A stretch of 64,000 nucleotides of DNA from Eledone cirrhosa (taxonomy: Eukaryota): contig OZ024747.1 in NCBI GenBank assembly GCA_964016885.1, positions 84,692,001 to 84,756,000 on the forward strand, in the 5' to 3' direction. A program made the position numbers and the translations under genes. Every line of letters starts with the position of its first letter. The stretch's first letter is position 1. Positions 1-11,567 of this stretch are shown one piece after another. The notes under the pieces were generated by a model. That model worked only from the letters and a program-made list of their open reading frames with translations. It was not told the origin of the DNA and made no database searches.

Positions 1-2039
1 CATACAAGGATGGCATCATTATTGGCGGATCTAATTCAGCTAAGCATGAAAGGAACCTAGATAAATTCAAGATGGAAGCCAGTGCAATTGGTATGCAGAT
101 CAACCATGAAAATGACAATTTTTCAAAAGCGGATACAGTTTCTAGGTCATGTTTTAGAAAACGGCACTGTCCAGTCAGACCCTGAACCCTACAAAGCTCT
201 CCTACAAATGCCAGAACGAAAAATGTCATGGAACTAAATTACCTGTGTATATATCATGCAAAATGGATCCATCGCTGTTCTGAAATGATAGTTACTCTCT
301 CTGAATCATGTGAAACAATCAATGCCTATGGTCTGTCTGAAGAAGACAAAGTTTCAATAAAATGTCTAAAGGGAGCCTTAACTAGATCCATTTTAGCTGC
401 CCTCTTTACATTAATTACTTCTAACAATCGGGACAGATTGGAGGAATATTAATGCAAAACGCACGACTAGTTGCCTTCTTTTCAAGAGTATTGTCAACAT
501 ATGAGAAGAGACAGTCTCTGTGGAAAGAGAGACATGTGTATTCGTTGAATGATGTCGCAAATGCAGTATTTAATTGGCTGTGTTCCCCATTTCAATATTG
601 TAATAGATCAATGTTCTGTGTCCATCACAAATTCAATCAATGGTGAATGGAGTTATCCATTACACAATTTCCTATCGCCTCGGTCTTTTGAACAATGCAG
701 CAGATGTTTTATCCATATCTAGAACCTTATAAACAACCACGAGTCTATCAATACTCTACCGCCAACTATGTTGTCCTGCTTTACCTAGGACGTTCCACTA
801 CTATAAAGACCGCAACTTATAAGTATCCATTAAGGACTTGCGAGAAATAGTAGACTTTTGTCAAACTTGCAAGAAATTAAAGCCACACGTTTTCAAACTG
901 TCACTAGCTAATACGTGCCATCAGGTCCTGCGAGCGAGTTTCAATTGATTTTGTGGCTCCTCTTCCAATTTTTATACAGAACAAATATTTACTGGTGCTG
1001 GAAGAAGAGTTTAACAGATACACCTTTGATTTTCTGCGCTTTGATAAGAGTATAGAGACTGTGATGACACACTAAGTCTCTTCTGGTGTCAGGTCACCAG
1101 TTGGTGCTACTGGTAACATGTATCCCAGTACAACCTGTCTCATGGTCGGGTCGTTAGCGACTAAACTGGTAACTCCACCAAGATTTCTTGGTGAGGAGGG
1201 TGACTTTGGATATCTTGCAGGACTAAAAACAAAACCTGTCAAAGGGCAAAGGAACTTCTGGGAGCTCTTAAGAGCTCTTCGAGTCAATGGCCATCCAAAA
1301 CCAGCACGGCCGCCGAAAGGCGCTGCAGTGCCGGAAAAGTCAACTTCCTGCTACTAGTATGCTGGTAAGCTAGTACAACGTATCTCCAGACGGATAGAGT
1401 GGGTCCGTAGCTTTGGTTAGCGACTACTCTAGTGCTTGCAACACGAACAATTAGGGCGAGGGTATAAATGCCAGGTTGGTATCTGGCGCCGGGTAACCCA
1501 CCACACGGAGGAGAAAGCACCTTCTTCAAGACTTGGCTGTCAAATTCTTTCACATGTGTGTAGTAGTGGCGCCCACACGCATTATTAGCTATTTGAAAAG
1601 ATGATGGGATCCGTCATCTCGACAGTAGTCGACGAATGAATGAATGAATGAAGTCTCTTCTCAATGTTTGGCCCACCAGTGTGCATACATTTAGCCCGAG
1701 GTGCCCAATTTGAGAGTGCCCAGAAACAGTAGAGTCAATACTGTCTCCATTCCGTCATGTTGCACCATTTGCTCAGAAGCATTGATACCCCTAGCTGAGA
1801 GTGTGAACCCAATGAGCACAAGAGAAGAGGATCAACCAACTGCCCCAGAGGAACATCTTAACAACATAAAATCAAACACTGGACCCTTTATCAGAACTGA
1901 CACCTAACTCACCTGTCTCATTGAAAGGATCAGAAGCCAATCTGGTTCTGAGGATATTAGAAATATCAAAGAACACAATAACAACCCAGCAAGGCTGCAC
2001 AATAAAGAAACCAGATTTTTTGACAGACTACAAACTTTA
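1..2039 (+). pseudogene. Degenerate Ty3/gypsy pol fragment (end of RT, RNase H, integrase), interrupted by an unrelated segment at about 1070-1650
   Basis: Frameshifted translations give QFLGHVLENGTVQSDP (RT thumb), GGILMQNARLVAFFSRVL (RNase H), ERVSIDFVAPLP (integrase core) and SRVNTVSI...TIKKPDFLTDYKL* (integrase C-terminus-like). Many stops. Confidence 0.75.
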
Positions 2040-2064
2040 ACTTTCAGTCGATGGAATGTAATAT

Positions 2065-2277
2065 TGGTTTCTGATTTAGGCACAAAGCCAAATTTTTTGG
2101 GGGAGGAAAAAATCGATTAAATCGACCCAGTACGTTATTGGTACTTTATTTTATCGATCCGTATGGATGAAAGGCAAAACTAAGCTCGGCAGCATTTGAA
2201 CGCAGAGAGTAAAGGGCCGTAACTATATGCTTCAAAGCATGTTGCCCGGCGCTCTACCGATACTAATAATCCACCGC
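2065..2277 (-). mobile_element. tRNA-derived SINE (Meta/MESC-domain-like family)
   Basis: Reverse complement matches the SINE repeated throughout the window (tRNA-like head, core TTTGCCTTTCATCC...TCGATAAAATAAAGTACCA). Confidence 0.85.
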
Positions 2278-2627
2278 TTTTTGTGGGATTTCTCTATATG
2301 AAAAGTAATTTGCAGAAGCCAATTTATTATATAAATTAACAATATCAATTTTTTCCGTTGTTTGGACAGAATAACCCGCACACGTATAACCTTCAAATTC
2401 TTACCCACACACATGCATGTCCATCCTATTGGACCCATCGGTCCCACCAAGCACAGATGTAGCATTCCCTGCACACAACCGGCATACACACATACGGCTG
2501 CATAATATACCCATACATCTACAACTACGGTCATTATAACACAATCTCCTCACCTCCTACACTTTCTGATGCATAGACACGTACGTGCGCACGTCCACAC
2601 ACCACCGACACACAAACATTCCAAGGC

Positions 2628-3560
2628 TCACGCATGAGGGGGTACGTGCAGAACGGTTTTGTTGTCCTGTGCGCATCTCGGACAAGCACAACTGACGACA
2701 CCTCTATACGTGTAGAGTTTATCTCGAAGCGGCAATGCTACCAGAGAGCATTGCCAGGTCAGGGATTTCTGGAAGTTATCCATGGGCTCTAAACCGAAAG
2801 ATCTCCGGAACAGACTCGTTTGTTCGATTTCGCCGATACCCAGAGATTCTCCGAGAACGTGGTCGCACTGGTCCACCACCAGTCCTCTATAGAACGCTAA
2901 AACTGAATTTCCATTGACGCATTGCCAGACTCGTAGAGAGCAGTGAACGTCTGACAACATTACAGATGCCGGGCGCCCAGTTTCGGTCCATAACTCTGCA
3001 TTTAGCAGAGTTATAGGCCTAAAATGATCAATATGGTCCCCCTTGTTCGGGCGTTTTTCTCAGCAGCACCATAGTTCTATGGCTGGGAATTCGCCAGTTG
3101 CAGTAGATGTCTGCCAAGAGGTCATCGAATATGTAAACGTAAAGCTCGTAGGCCTGACCATCCAGACCAAACATTTGTCCCTCATGCATTCTGTCTTCAC
3201 CTCCCGTATGAGAGGTTGCTATCAACTTTTCGTAACACCCAGCCTCCGTGGTCGTGAGCTGCGACAGGCCTTCGAGGTAGGCACTAAAGTACATCTGTGG
3301 ATTAGACCCACCACCGCTCCCGAACAGTTGAGCTAAGTGCTGTATAAAATCCACACACACCCGCTTGGGATCGAGTACCATGCGTCTGTCGTGGTCCGCC
3401 AAGAACGGATTATGGCTTTGTTGCCAAGCTGCGCCTTCTCCATTCAGACCTATCGAACGGTTTTCGTCCCCTTGTGTGTAGCATTCCTTGCACACAACCG
3501 GCATACACATATACGGCTGCATGATATAACGGCTTTCGTCCCTTCGAGCATGCACCCTAG
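2628..3560 (-). mobile_element. Internally deleted Tx1/L1-like LINE ORF2 fragments, related to the element at 31521-37348
   Basis: PMDNFQKSLTWQC...LPLRDKLY...CPRC matches the 36509-37132 peptide. DPKRVCVDFIQHLAQLFG...YLEGLSQL matches EPKQMCEAFQKNFARLFG...YLDGLPRL in the 34214 ORF. Confidence 0.85.
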
Positions 3561-3934
3561 CTCTGACAAAGCAACCTTCATATTTCTTCAAGGTTTCTAA
3601 CTAGCTCACCATCTAGTCTAATCTCCCTTTTCAGGGAAAACGCTTATTTGTTGTTAAAAACTACAAAGCATTTTCTCCGAAGCTCTACAGATACTTGGAT
3701 AATTTATACTGTTTAGTTTCAGCTTGGAGCGATGGGAGTTATAATAGTTATAATTTTTCTCTACACGATGTGTTAGGAACCAGTTGGTCTGGCAGTCTTT
3801 AAAGCTTACCTGGATATTACATGATCATATTAAAATATCCATGTATTTCATATAGAATGTCTGAAGTATGTTTGATGGTCGAAAAAATGTGGGAGGACGC
3901 TCTATGGTGTGAAGAACCCCAGACACAAGCCGCC

Positions 3935-4215
3935 CCATGGTCCCAGCAGACAGCATAGAAAAAGCATTTCCTCGGAGGATGGCGAGAGAAATGCATTGAA
4001 ATAATTATCCTAACTTATGGAGATTCGCTCCTGCGGGTGGCTAACTCCAACCCGATAGCATTGAGTAAGGAGGTGGTTTGGAGATCAAGAGCACCAGAAG
4101 TGTCCACCGTGATAGGTTCAACTACAAACCTATTGAAAAGCGGTCGATATTTCAACAGATTTCTATCTTCTGCTTCTCGGACAACGAAACCTAGGGCAGT
4201 CACCGAATGCAACAT
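3935..4215 (-). mobile_element. 3' fragment of a restriction-like-endonuclease non-LTR retrotransposon (CRE-like)
   Basis: Minus strand gives AEDRNLLKY...FVVEPITVDTSGAL and LFQCISLAILRGNAFSML, resembling the K-Y...F.P...E..G and QR.S.A..RGNA motifs of CRE-type RLE C-termini. Confidence 0.6.
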
Positions 4216-4804
4216 GTTGCTTCTGAAAAAGTGTCGCGGAACCGGAAGATTGCGATCTCACCATACCGGCATTCAGTTAACTATGCTAGTTTTTTTTTAA
4301 AGGTTTAATTTAACAGCAAAGATGGAATGAATAGAAGAGTATTAACATACCTAAAACGTGTTGTCTTTATGTTAATGTCGGCCGTTTGGTATAAAGTGTT
4401 AGCGCTAATAGATATTTGAAATAATCTATTCAAGCCATATGAGTGGCATTGGAAATGAAAGTATTGATCCTTGAAAATCTCCTTAAAGATTCGGCAAGGC
4501 ACGAAAGTGTTATATATAAAACCGAAACAGATGGTATCTGATCTTGAGATGGAAATAAAATTTTCCCATGGGCTACATACAAGAGTCGAAATAGCATAAC
4601 ACCTGGTGCCATCCAAACACACCTACTTTAAAATATTATTATTGTTATTGAATGATAAATTGTAATGTTTTGTTAAATATATGTAATTAACAATATATGC
4701 TCTAGTTGTTTGATCAATTAAGCCATTAAACCATATATAACTTGTATAATTATTCCACATTTACATTCATTAAAAAATACTTAACACATACTTTTTAGTA
4801 TGGG

Positions 4805-4836
<32 letters not shown>

Positions 4837-5069
4837 GTATGTATACGTACATACATATATGTATACAGACGTACAGTAGTATGTATATATATATACATAC
4901 ATGCACACATATATATATGTACGTATGGATTTACCGAACATTTATTATAATGCTCGGTTTCTTTATAATGCAGTTCACCCTTCTTCGTTTGTGTAGTTGG
5001 TGGTGCGAATACGGAGTTAATTATTATGAATAAAATAACAGGAGGCTAGACTTGAAAAGTTTATTATAC

Positions 5070-7182
5070 TGTAGCGGTTGTCTCCCTTGTTTTGATTGGG
5101 ATCTAGACGGGAGGTGGAACCCTTTCTGCAACTTCCGGTCAGAGCCCTATAAAACTAGCAACTTTGAGCTTCCTCTCTCTCTTTGCCTTTTCGGCACCAG
5201 GTCGAAGAGTCTTCTCATTTGGCTCTGCCATTAATTTGGCCAACAGGCGCCTGGCTAAGGCCAGGCGCCCTCTGCCAGCCGCGTTTGCCTGGCAATCAAA
5301 ACGGTAACTACTAACTTTGTTTCATTCTAACATCTATCTTTGACATGTCAAGTATTCTATCTACCGTTAATTAAATATTATATACACAAACATTGTCTCG
5401 TTTTGTTACATTCATATAACCAGTAATCTCCCTATATTGGTAACCCTGACGTGATACGAACACGCAGCCGTTCATCGCTATAAGTGGTCACCCCCCAAAA
5501 AAAGAAAAAAATAGCACATCTGGTTTTGTGAGTAACATTACGAATACACAGCAAATTTAGCGACAAACTATGAAAATACTCAAGGACACGCACATGTGGA
5601 ATTCGCACAGACATACTTTTTCTCTCACGCATCAATTAACTGTCGCATTTCACCAATATATATATATATGTTTCTCGTTTCTTACAACGAACACTTTCAA
5701 AACAAAAAAAAAAACATTTCACGATATATATATGTTTCTCGTTTCTTACAACGAACTCTTTCAAAACACAAAAAAAAAAAAGAAATTTGATATTCTTTAA
5801 AAAACATTTCAACAGGAACATTTATTTTCGATGAACCATTGCCTTTTGTTCTTCGTTTTCTTCATCGTTCAAGTTTTTTTTTTTTTTTTTTTTTTTCTCC
5901 AAAAGTTCACACCTATAATTATGCTGATTGAAGCCTTTCTTTTTCATCATTGTCACTTTCAAAATTGCACTATCATTTTCTCGCGCGTTAGAAATATTTT
6001 TTTTCAACCTTGTATTGGCACGTGTAGGCAGCATAAATTCTCGATTCACTGAGATGTCTCTTACTCACAGACAGCCGCACGCCAGAGATAGCATTTCTCC
6101 CCCAAGGATTCTTCAGCCTTAAGCTATATTCTTCTATTTGCCGGTTTATAAATTTACAATGTAAATTTACCGTTGATAACCGCGCATTTATTAAGAATGC
6201 TTATTTCTCTGGTCGCTGGCCTCTTGACCCTTCCAGGTCAACGCATTCTCAACATCGACCATCAACTTCGGCTGCTATTTCTAGCACTTTGCGCAACTCA
6301 TTTTTTCTAAAAAAAAAATTTTTTTACTGTGAATTTAAACACCGAATACGCTCACTCAGCGAGACAACAGCAGCAGCAACAGCAATATAACAGCAACAGC
6401 AATACATCAACACAGCTTCACCAAAGCCAGAGAATTTATTTTTGCAGCACTCTTCCTGTGAGAAAATCCATTCGGAGGTTGGAAATTTCACGATATACCA
6501 CAGAACAGAAACCACCTGCATTCATTCTCTGGAACACACTTTCTTTCCAGCTGTCATGTGATTGCACACCTGTGAACTATATTTTGAACTTTGAGCTCTT
6601 CTATTACTTTTACTTTATTACATTGTATCTTTGGGTGATGGATAGATGGATGTCCAGTCGTGCTCTGGCCAAGAGCGGTTGGCTACCTTGATATCTATCA
6701 TTGATTTTTCCAAACATTCTTTTGTCGTAATTTTCATGCCTGTTACAACATTCTCGCCAACTTGCTACATATTTTCATTTCGATTTTTATACACTAAAAT
6801 TCTGGCGGGAGGTTATGTAGCGGTTGTCTCCCTTGTTTTGATTGGGATCTAGACGGGAGGTGGAACCCTTTCTGCAACTTCCGGTCAGAGCCCTATAAAA
6901 CTAGCAACTTTGAGCTTCCTCTCTCTCTTTGCCTTTTCGGCACCAGGTCGAAGAGTCTTCTCATTTGGCTCTGCCATTAATTTGGCCAACAGGCGCCTGG
7001 CTAAGGCCAGGCGCCCTCTGCCAGCCGCGTTTGCCTGGCAATCAAAACGGTAACTACTAACTTTGTTTCATTCTAACATCTATCTTTGACATGTCAAGTA
7101 TTCTATCTACCGTTAATTAAATATTATATACACAAACATTGTCTCGTTTTGTTACATTCATATAACCAGTAATCTCGCTATA
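5070..7182 (+). mobile_element. Non-autonomous gypsy-type LTR retroelement. LTRs 5070-5436 and 6816-7182, PBS 5438-5455, PPT about 6803-6815, TSD ATAC
   Basis: 367-bp direct repeats that are nearly identical (TGTAGCG...C[C/G]CTATA). TGGTAACCCTGACGTGAT matches the tRNA-Trp PBS at 16/18. TGGCGGGAGGTTA precedes the 3' LTR. ATAC flanks both ends. The interior has no gag/pol ORF. Confidence 0.92.
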
Positions 7183-8219
7183 ATACTATGATCATTTCAA
7201 TGACCGGGTTCCGTATGAATCCGGTGATATCAGGTATTCGAAATATAACAAAGGAATATATAAAAATCCATGGGTCTGAAAATCAGAGACAGAGAGGACG
7301 ACTGACCAACTAGCTGTTTTCACCTCGGTCAGTCGCCCTCAAGTGATGGCTATTCGATCTACTAATGACCATCTGGTGAAGGGGCGAAAGCTTATAGTGT
7401 ACTACCACCTCTCCGTCAAAGAATAAAAAAAAAAAGAGAAGAAAGAAAGAAGAACAGTCAGCGTAAGTGTCACACTACAGTCAGGCAAGAAAACGCCGCG
7501 AAAAATGTTATTCCAAAGAACCTATATTTTAACAAAGGCATATATAATGGGTGTCTGTATGGTCAAATGTGTGAACAGAAAATTGGAACGTTAACTTATG
7601 TTAAGAGTTAAAGGATGAAATTAAATTAAAAGTTAAAAAAATTAAGAGTTAAAAGAAATTAAAAAAATAATTAGAAAATTAAAAGTTTGTGTTGCGGGAT
7701 TTATTTAATGAAACTACAGAGAGAGAGTCTTATATGAAAACGTTTAAGTGTATTATTGGGAATCCCTATAAGTTATCAAGGTGGGATATAGAGTAAAGAT
7801 TAAAGCCTTCGATTGTAAATCCCAGCCAGCACCTCCTAACCACGTGTCAGCCAGTTTCGAGTGGTCGAAGGTCACCAGTTTTAACAGGGTGGTTTTAAGA
7901 GTAGATGTATCACCACGAAGAATTGAGGTTAGGCTGTAAGTCTCAGGTCCTGTTGCTGCTGTGATAATACCTCTGAAAGGAATCCTTCCATATCACATTT
8001 AAAGGCATTGCTGTGGTAACAGTGTAGCAGTGAATAAAATGTATTTTCCTTCTGCGGCGGAATGGTGTTACGGAGGTAAGTTGGCTGAAGTGTGAGCCAA
8101 TCGAAACCTTCGGTGCACTAATTCGACTGTCCAGAACTACGTCACCAGGTGAGCGGAGGTGACCAAGAGAGACATTAGTCTACACGCACCTCTCTTATCG
8201 ACAAGACCAGGCTACACTC

Positions 8220-8430
8220 ATCGCAGCTAACCAAGGAAGTGAGAAGACTAAGCACTCACAGGGCTCATTCGCCCAGACGCCGTTTCCAGAGCCGTTCAAC
8301 CTCGCCACGACGCCGTCACACAAGCAGTTCAGGTTTGTGTTACTACCACAGCCGTTTTGGCGCAGCAGCACGCTCCTGTAAACAGCCTTGTACATTTTCG
8401 GACCAGGGAAACAGATTTCAGGAGACCTGA
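8220..8430 (+). pseudogene. gag: Gag C-terminal remnant of the gypsy element
   Basis: SQLTKEVRRL...RSTSPRRR...LCYYHSRFGAAARSCKQPC, a C-x2-H-x9-C-x3-C motif seen at the end of some gypsy gags. It ends in QGN over GGGAAAC. Confidence 0.8.
8406..8412 (+). promoter_or_regulatory. -1 ribosomal frameshift slippery heptamer G GGA AAC (gag to pol)
   Basis: X XXY YYZ phase in the gag frame. The -1 frame continues GKQISGD into the protease (LIDTGA). Confidence 0.75.
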
Positions 8431-11400
8431 GCACGGCACAGTCTCCTCTGACCCTCCCTAATAACCGTGTGTTTTTCATCACAGACACTGAGTCGCAAGC
8501 ACGTTGTCTGATCGACACCGGCGCGGCTTGTAGCATTTGGCCGCTAAAACTTCTCAAAGAGAAGCCCCAACTCTCAACCATCTCTCTGCAAGCAGTAAAC
8601 CAGTCACCGATCCCCACGTACGGTCAGATTTCTCGTTCTTTGAACCTGGAATAGCCTAGAGATTTCACGTGGATCTTCACTGTTGCTGATCTGCCTTACC
8701 CCATCCTAGGCTCAGATTTCCTGCACCACTATAACTTGATAGTGGATATGCGCAGACGCCGGTTGTTGGATGCCAACACAGAACTGTCTGTGCCGGGTAC
8801 CAGATCGACTGTCTCGTCGGTCAGCCCGGTCTTCTTTATCGCTGCTACAGAAGATCCTTACCAATCACTTTTGCATTCCTTCCCGGAATTAACAAATTTG
8901 AATTTTGTGATGAGTGAGCCTACTCACTCCACCAAGCACCACATTGAAACATCCGGAGCTCCTGTGTTTTCGCGCCCTCGCCGTCTCTCTGCTGAGAAAC
9001 TGAAGGCCGCAAGGGCTGAATTCAATCACATGCTGCAGCTCGGGATCATTCGCCCATCCTCAAGCCCGTGGGCCGCACCCTTGCATTTGGTACCAAAGCG
9101 TTCCGGTGATTGGCGTCCCACTGGGGACTTTCGCCGGTTAAATGCAATGACGGTACCCGACCGCTACCCGATACCACACATACAGGATTTTGCATCTTCG
9201 CTGCATGGATGCAACATATTCTCCAAATTGGATTTGGTCAAAGCATACCACCAAATCCCGGTGAACCCGGCAGACATACCTAAAACTGCAGTAACAACTC
9301 CATTTGGAGCGTTTGAATTTTTGACCATGCCTTTCGGTTTGCGAAACGCAGCCAGCACGTTCCAACGATTTATGGATGAGGTTGTGCGCGATTTAGACTT
9401 CGTGTACAACTACATCGACGACATTCTTGTGGCAAGTGCCTCACCTGAGGAACATGTCAATCACCTCCGTCTCCTGTTCGAGAGATTTCAAAAATACCAA
9501 GTGAGAATTAATCCGGCAAAATGTGTTTTCGGTGCTTCCTCGCTTGTCTTCTTGGGCCATGTCATCAGCCCAGAAGGAATTTCGCCACTACCTGATAAAG
9601 TGAAAGCGGTACAAGACCTCCAACCACCCACTTCACTTCGTCAACTACGACATTTCCTTGGGCTACTGAACTATTACAGGCGCTTTATCCCACACTGTGC
9701 GGATCTCCTGTCTCCTCTGTCCGACCTGTTACGTAACAGGAAAAAGAAGAACGATTCCATTTCATTGGACACGAATCAGCTAAAAGCCTTCGACGAAGTG
9801 AAGCGGAAGCTTGCGGAGACATCACTGCTTGCACATCCTGTGTCTGGTGCCCAGTTTTCACTGGTTGTTGATGCATCAGGCACAGCTGTAGGTGCAGTAC
9901 TGCAACAACATCACCAACAACAGTTACAACCTCTTGCCTACTTTTCTAAACAGCTGAAGCCTGCAGAAACACGGTATAGCACATTCGGCCGTGAACTCTT
10001 GGCTATGTACCTTGCAGTGAAACACTTTCGGCATTCACTGGAGGGTCGCCAATTTGTTATATACACTGACCACCGTCCGCTTACGTTCGCACTGCGTTCT
10101 AAGCCGGACAAATATTCACCTCGCGAAACTCGCCACTTGGACTTCGTTTCGCAATTTACCAGCGATATCCGACACATCTCTGGTGAGCAGAATGCGGCGG
10201 CAGATGCACTGTCTCGCCTCCCAATTAATTCCCTGTCATCGCCAGCGGAAATCGACCTCCAACGAATGGCCACAGAACAACCACCTCTGGATACTTTGGA
10301 CCTCTCGTCTTCTGAATTTGCAACTGGCAAATTTGCATATCTGCCTGTGCCCACTTCGGACACACAGATTATCTGCGACACCTCGACAGATGCACCTCGC
10401 CCTCTAGTGCCAGTGACTCATCGTCGAGCAGTTTTCGACACCTTGCACGGTCTGGCACACCCTGGAATATCGACCACAGTGAAGCTCATTTCGGCTAGAT
10501 TCTTCTGGCCTAATATGAGGCGTGACATCACTGCCTGGACACGTTCCTGCCTATCCTGCCAAAAGTCAAAGGTGCACAAACACATCCGCGCACCCCTTGG
10601 AACTTTCAGCACTCCAGACGCTAGGTTCAGCCATGTCCATATAGATCTTGTCGGACCATGGCCGGTCAGCCGAGGATTTACATACCTCCTGACCTGCATA
10701 GATCGCTTCACACGTTGGCCTGAGGCCATTCCTTTAAGTGACATTTCGGCGGAATCTGTAGCGCGAGCCCTAGTATCGGGTTGGATATCGCGTTACGGAG
10801 TTCCAGCCACTATCACCACTGACCGCGGTGGACAATTTGAGTCACACCTTTTCCGAGAGCTTTCAAGGATCCTGGGAATGCAACGCATTCGAACGACCAG
10901 CTACCATCCAGCTTCTAACGGAATGATTGAACGCTTCCACCGCCAATTGAAAGCCGCACTGCGCGCTTATCCGGATCAGCAGCGGTGGAGCGAATATGTA
11001 CCAATTGTCCTCCTGGGCTGTCGTGCAGCCATCAAGGAAGATCTAGGCTACTCCCCCGCCGAGTTGGTTTACGGAGTGCCTATATCTCTGCCTGGTCAGA
11101 TGTTAGCTCCATTGGACCTACCAGCAACAGACCCAGCTCTGTATGTGAGCAGACTGCAATCATATTTCAGCAATCTTCCGCCTATGCACCCTCGCCAACA
11201 GACAATCAAATCTTCGGTCCCGAAAGACATTGCTTCATGGACCCACGTCTTTTTACGAAAGGACGCCGTGAGAGCTCCTCTCATGCCACCTTATACCGGT
11301 CCCTATCGCGTGCTTGAGCGCACAGATAAGCTATTCACCCTAGACATTGGGGGTAAAAAAGAGACTGTGTCCATTGACAGGGTAAAACGGGCCTATACAG

Positions 11401-11567
11401 ACACTCTCACACAAGAGCCCCATTTTCCCCCCACATACACCTGGCATCAGCCAAGCCACAATACACATATAACATCGCACACACCTACACCTACATATGT
11501 CACCACCACACGTAGCGGTCGGCGGGTACATTGGCCCAAGAAGCTTTGCAAGACTCTTTATATATGA
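8406..11567 (+). pseudogene. pol: Gypsy pol polyprotein (protease, RT, RNase H, integrase) with one in-frame TAG at 8652-8654
   Basis: LIDTGA protease; [11 protein letters not shown]; VDASG and RELLA RNase H; H-H-C-C zinc finger; HIDLVGP, TDRGGQF and NGMIERFHR integrase; PYTGPY. ORFs 8388 and 8736 are in the same frame. Confidence 0.95.

Noticed and set aside
8652-8654. Programmed stop-codon readthrough in pol
   Set aside because: The stop lies inside the protease region where related elements read LGL; a simple nonsense mutation is more likely, and a frameshift site already explains pol expression.
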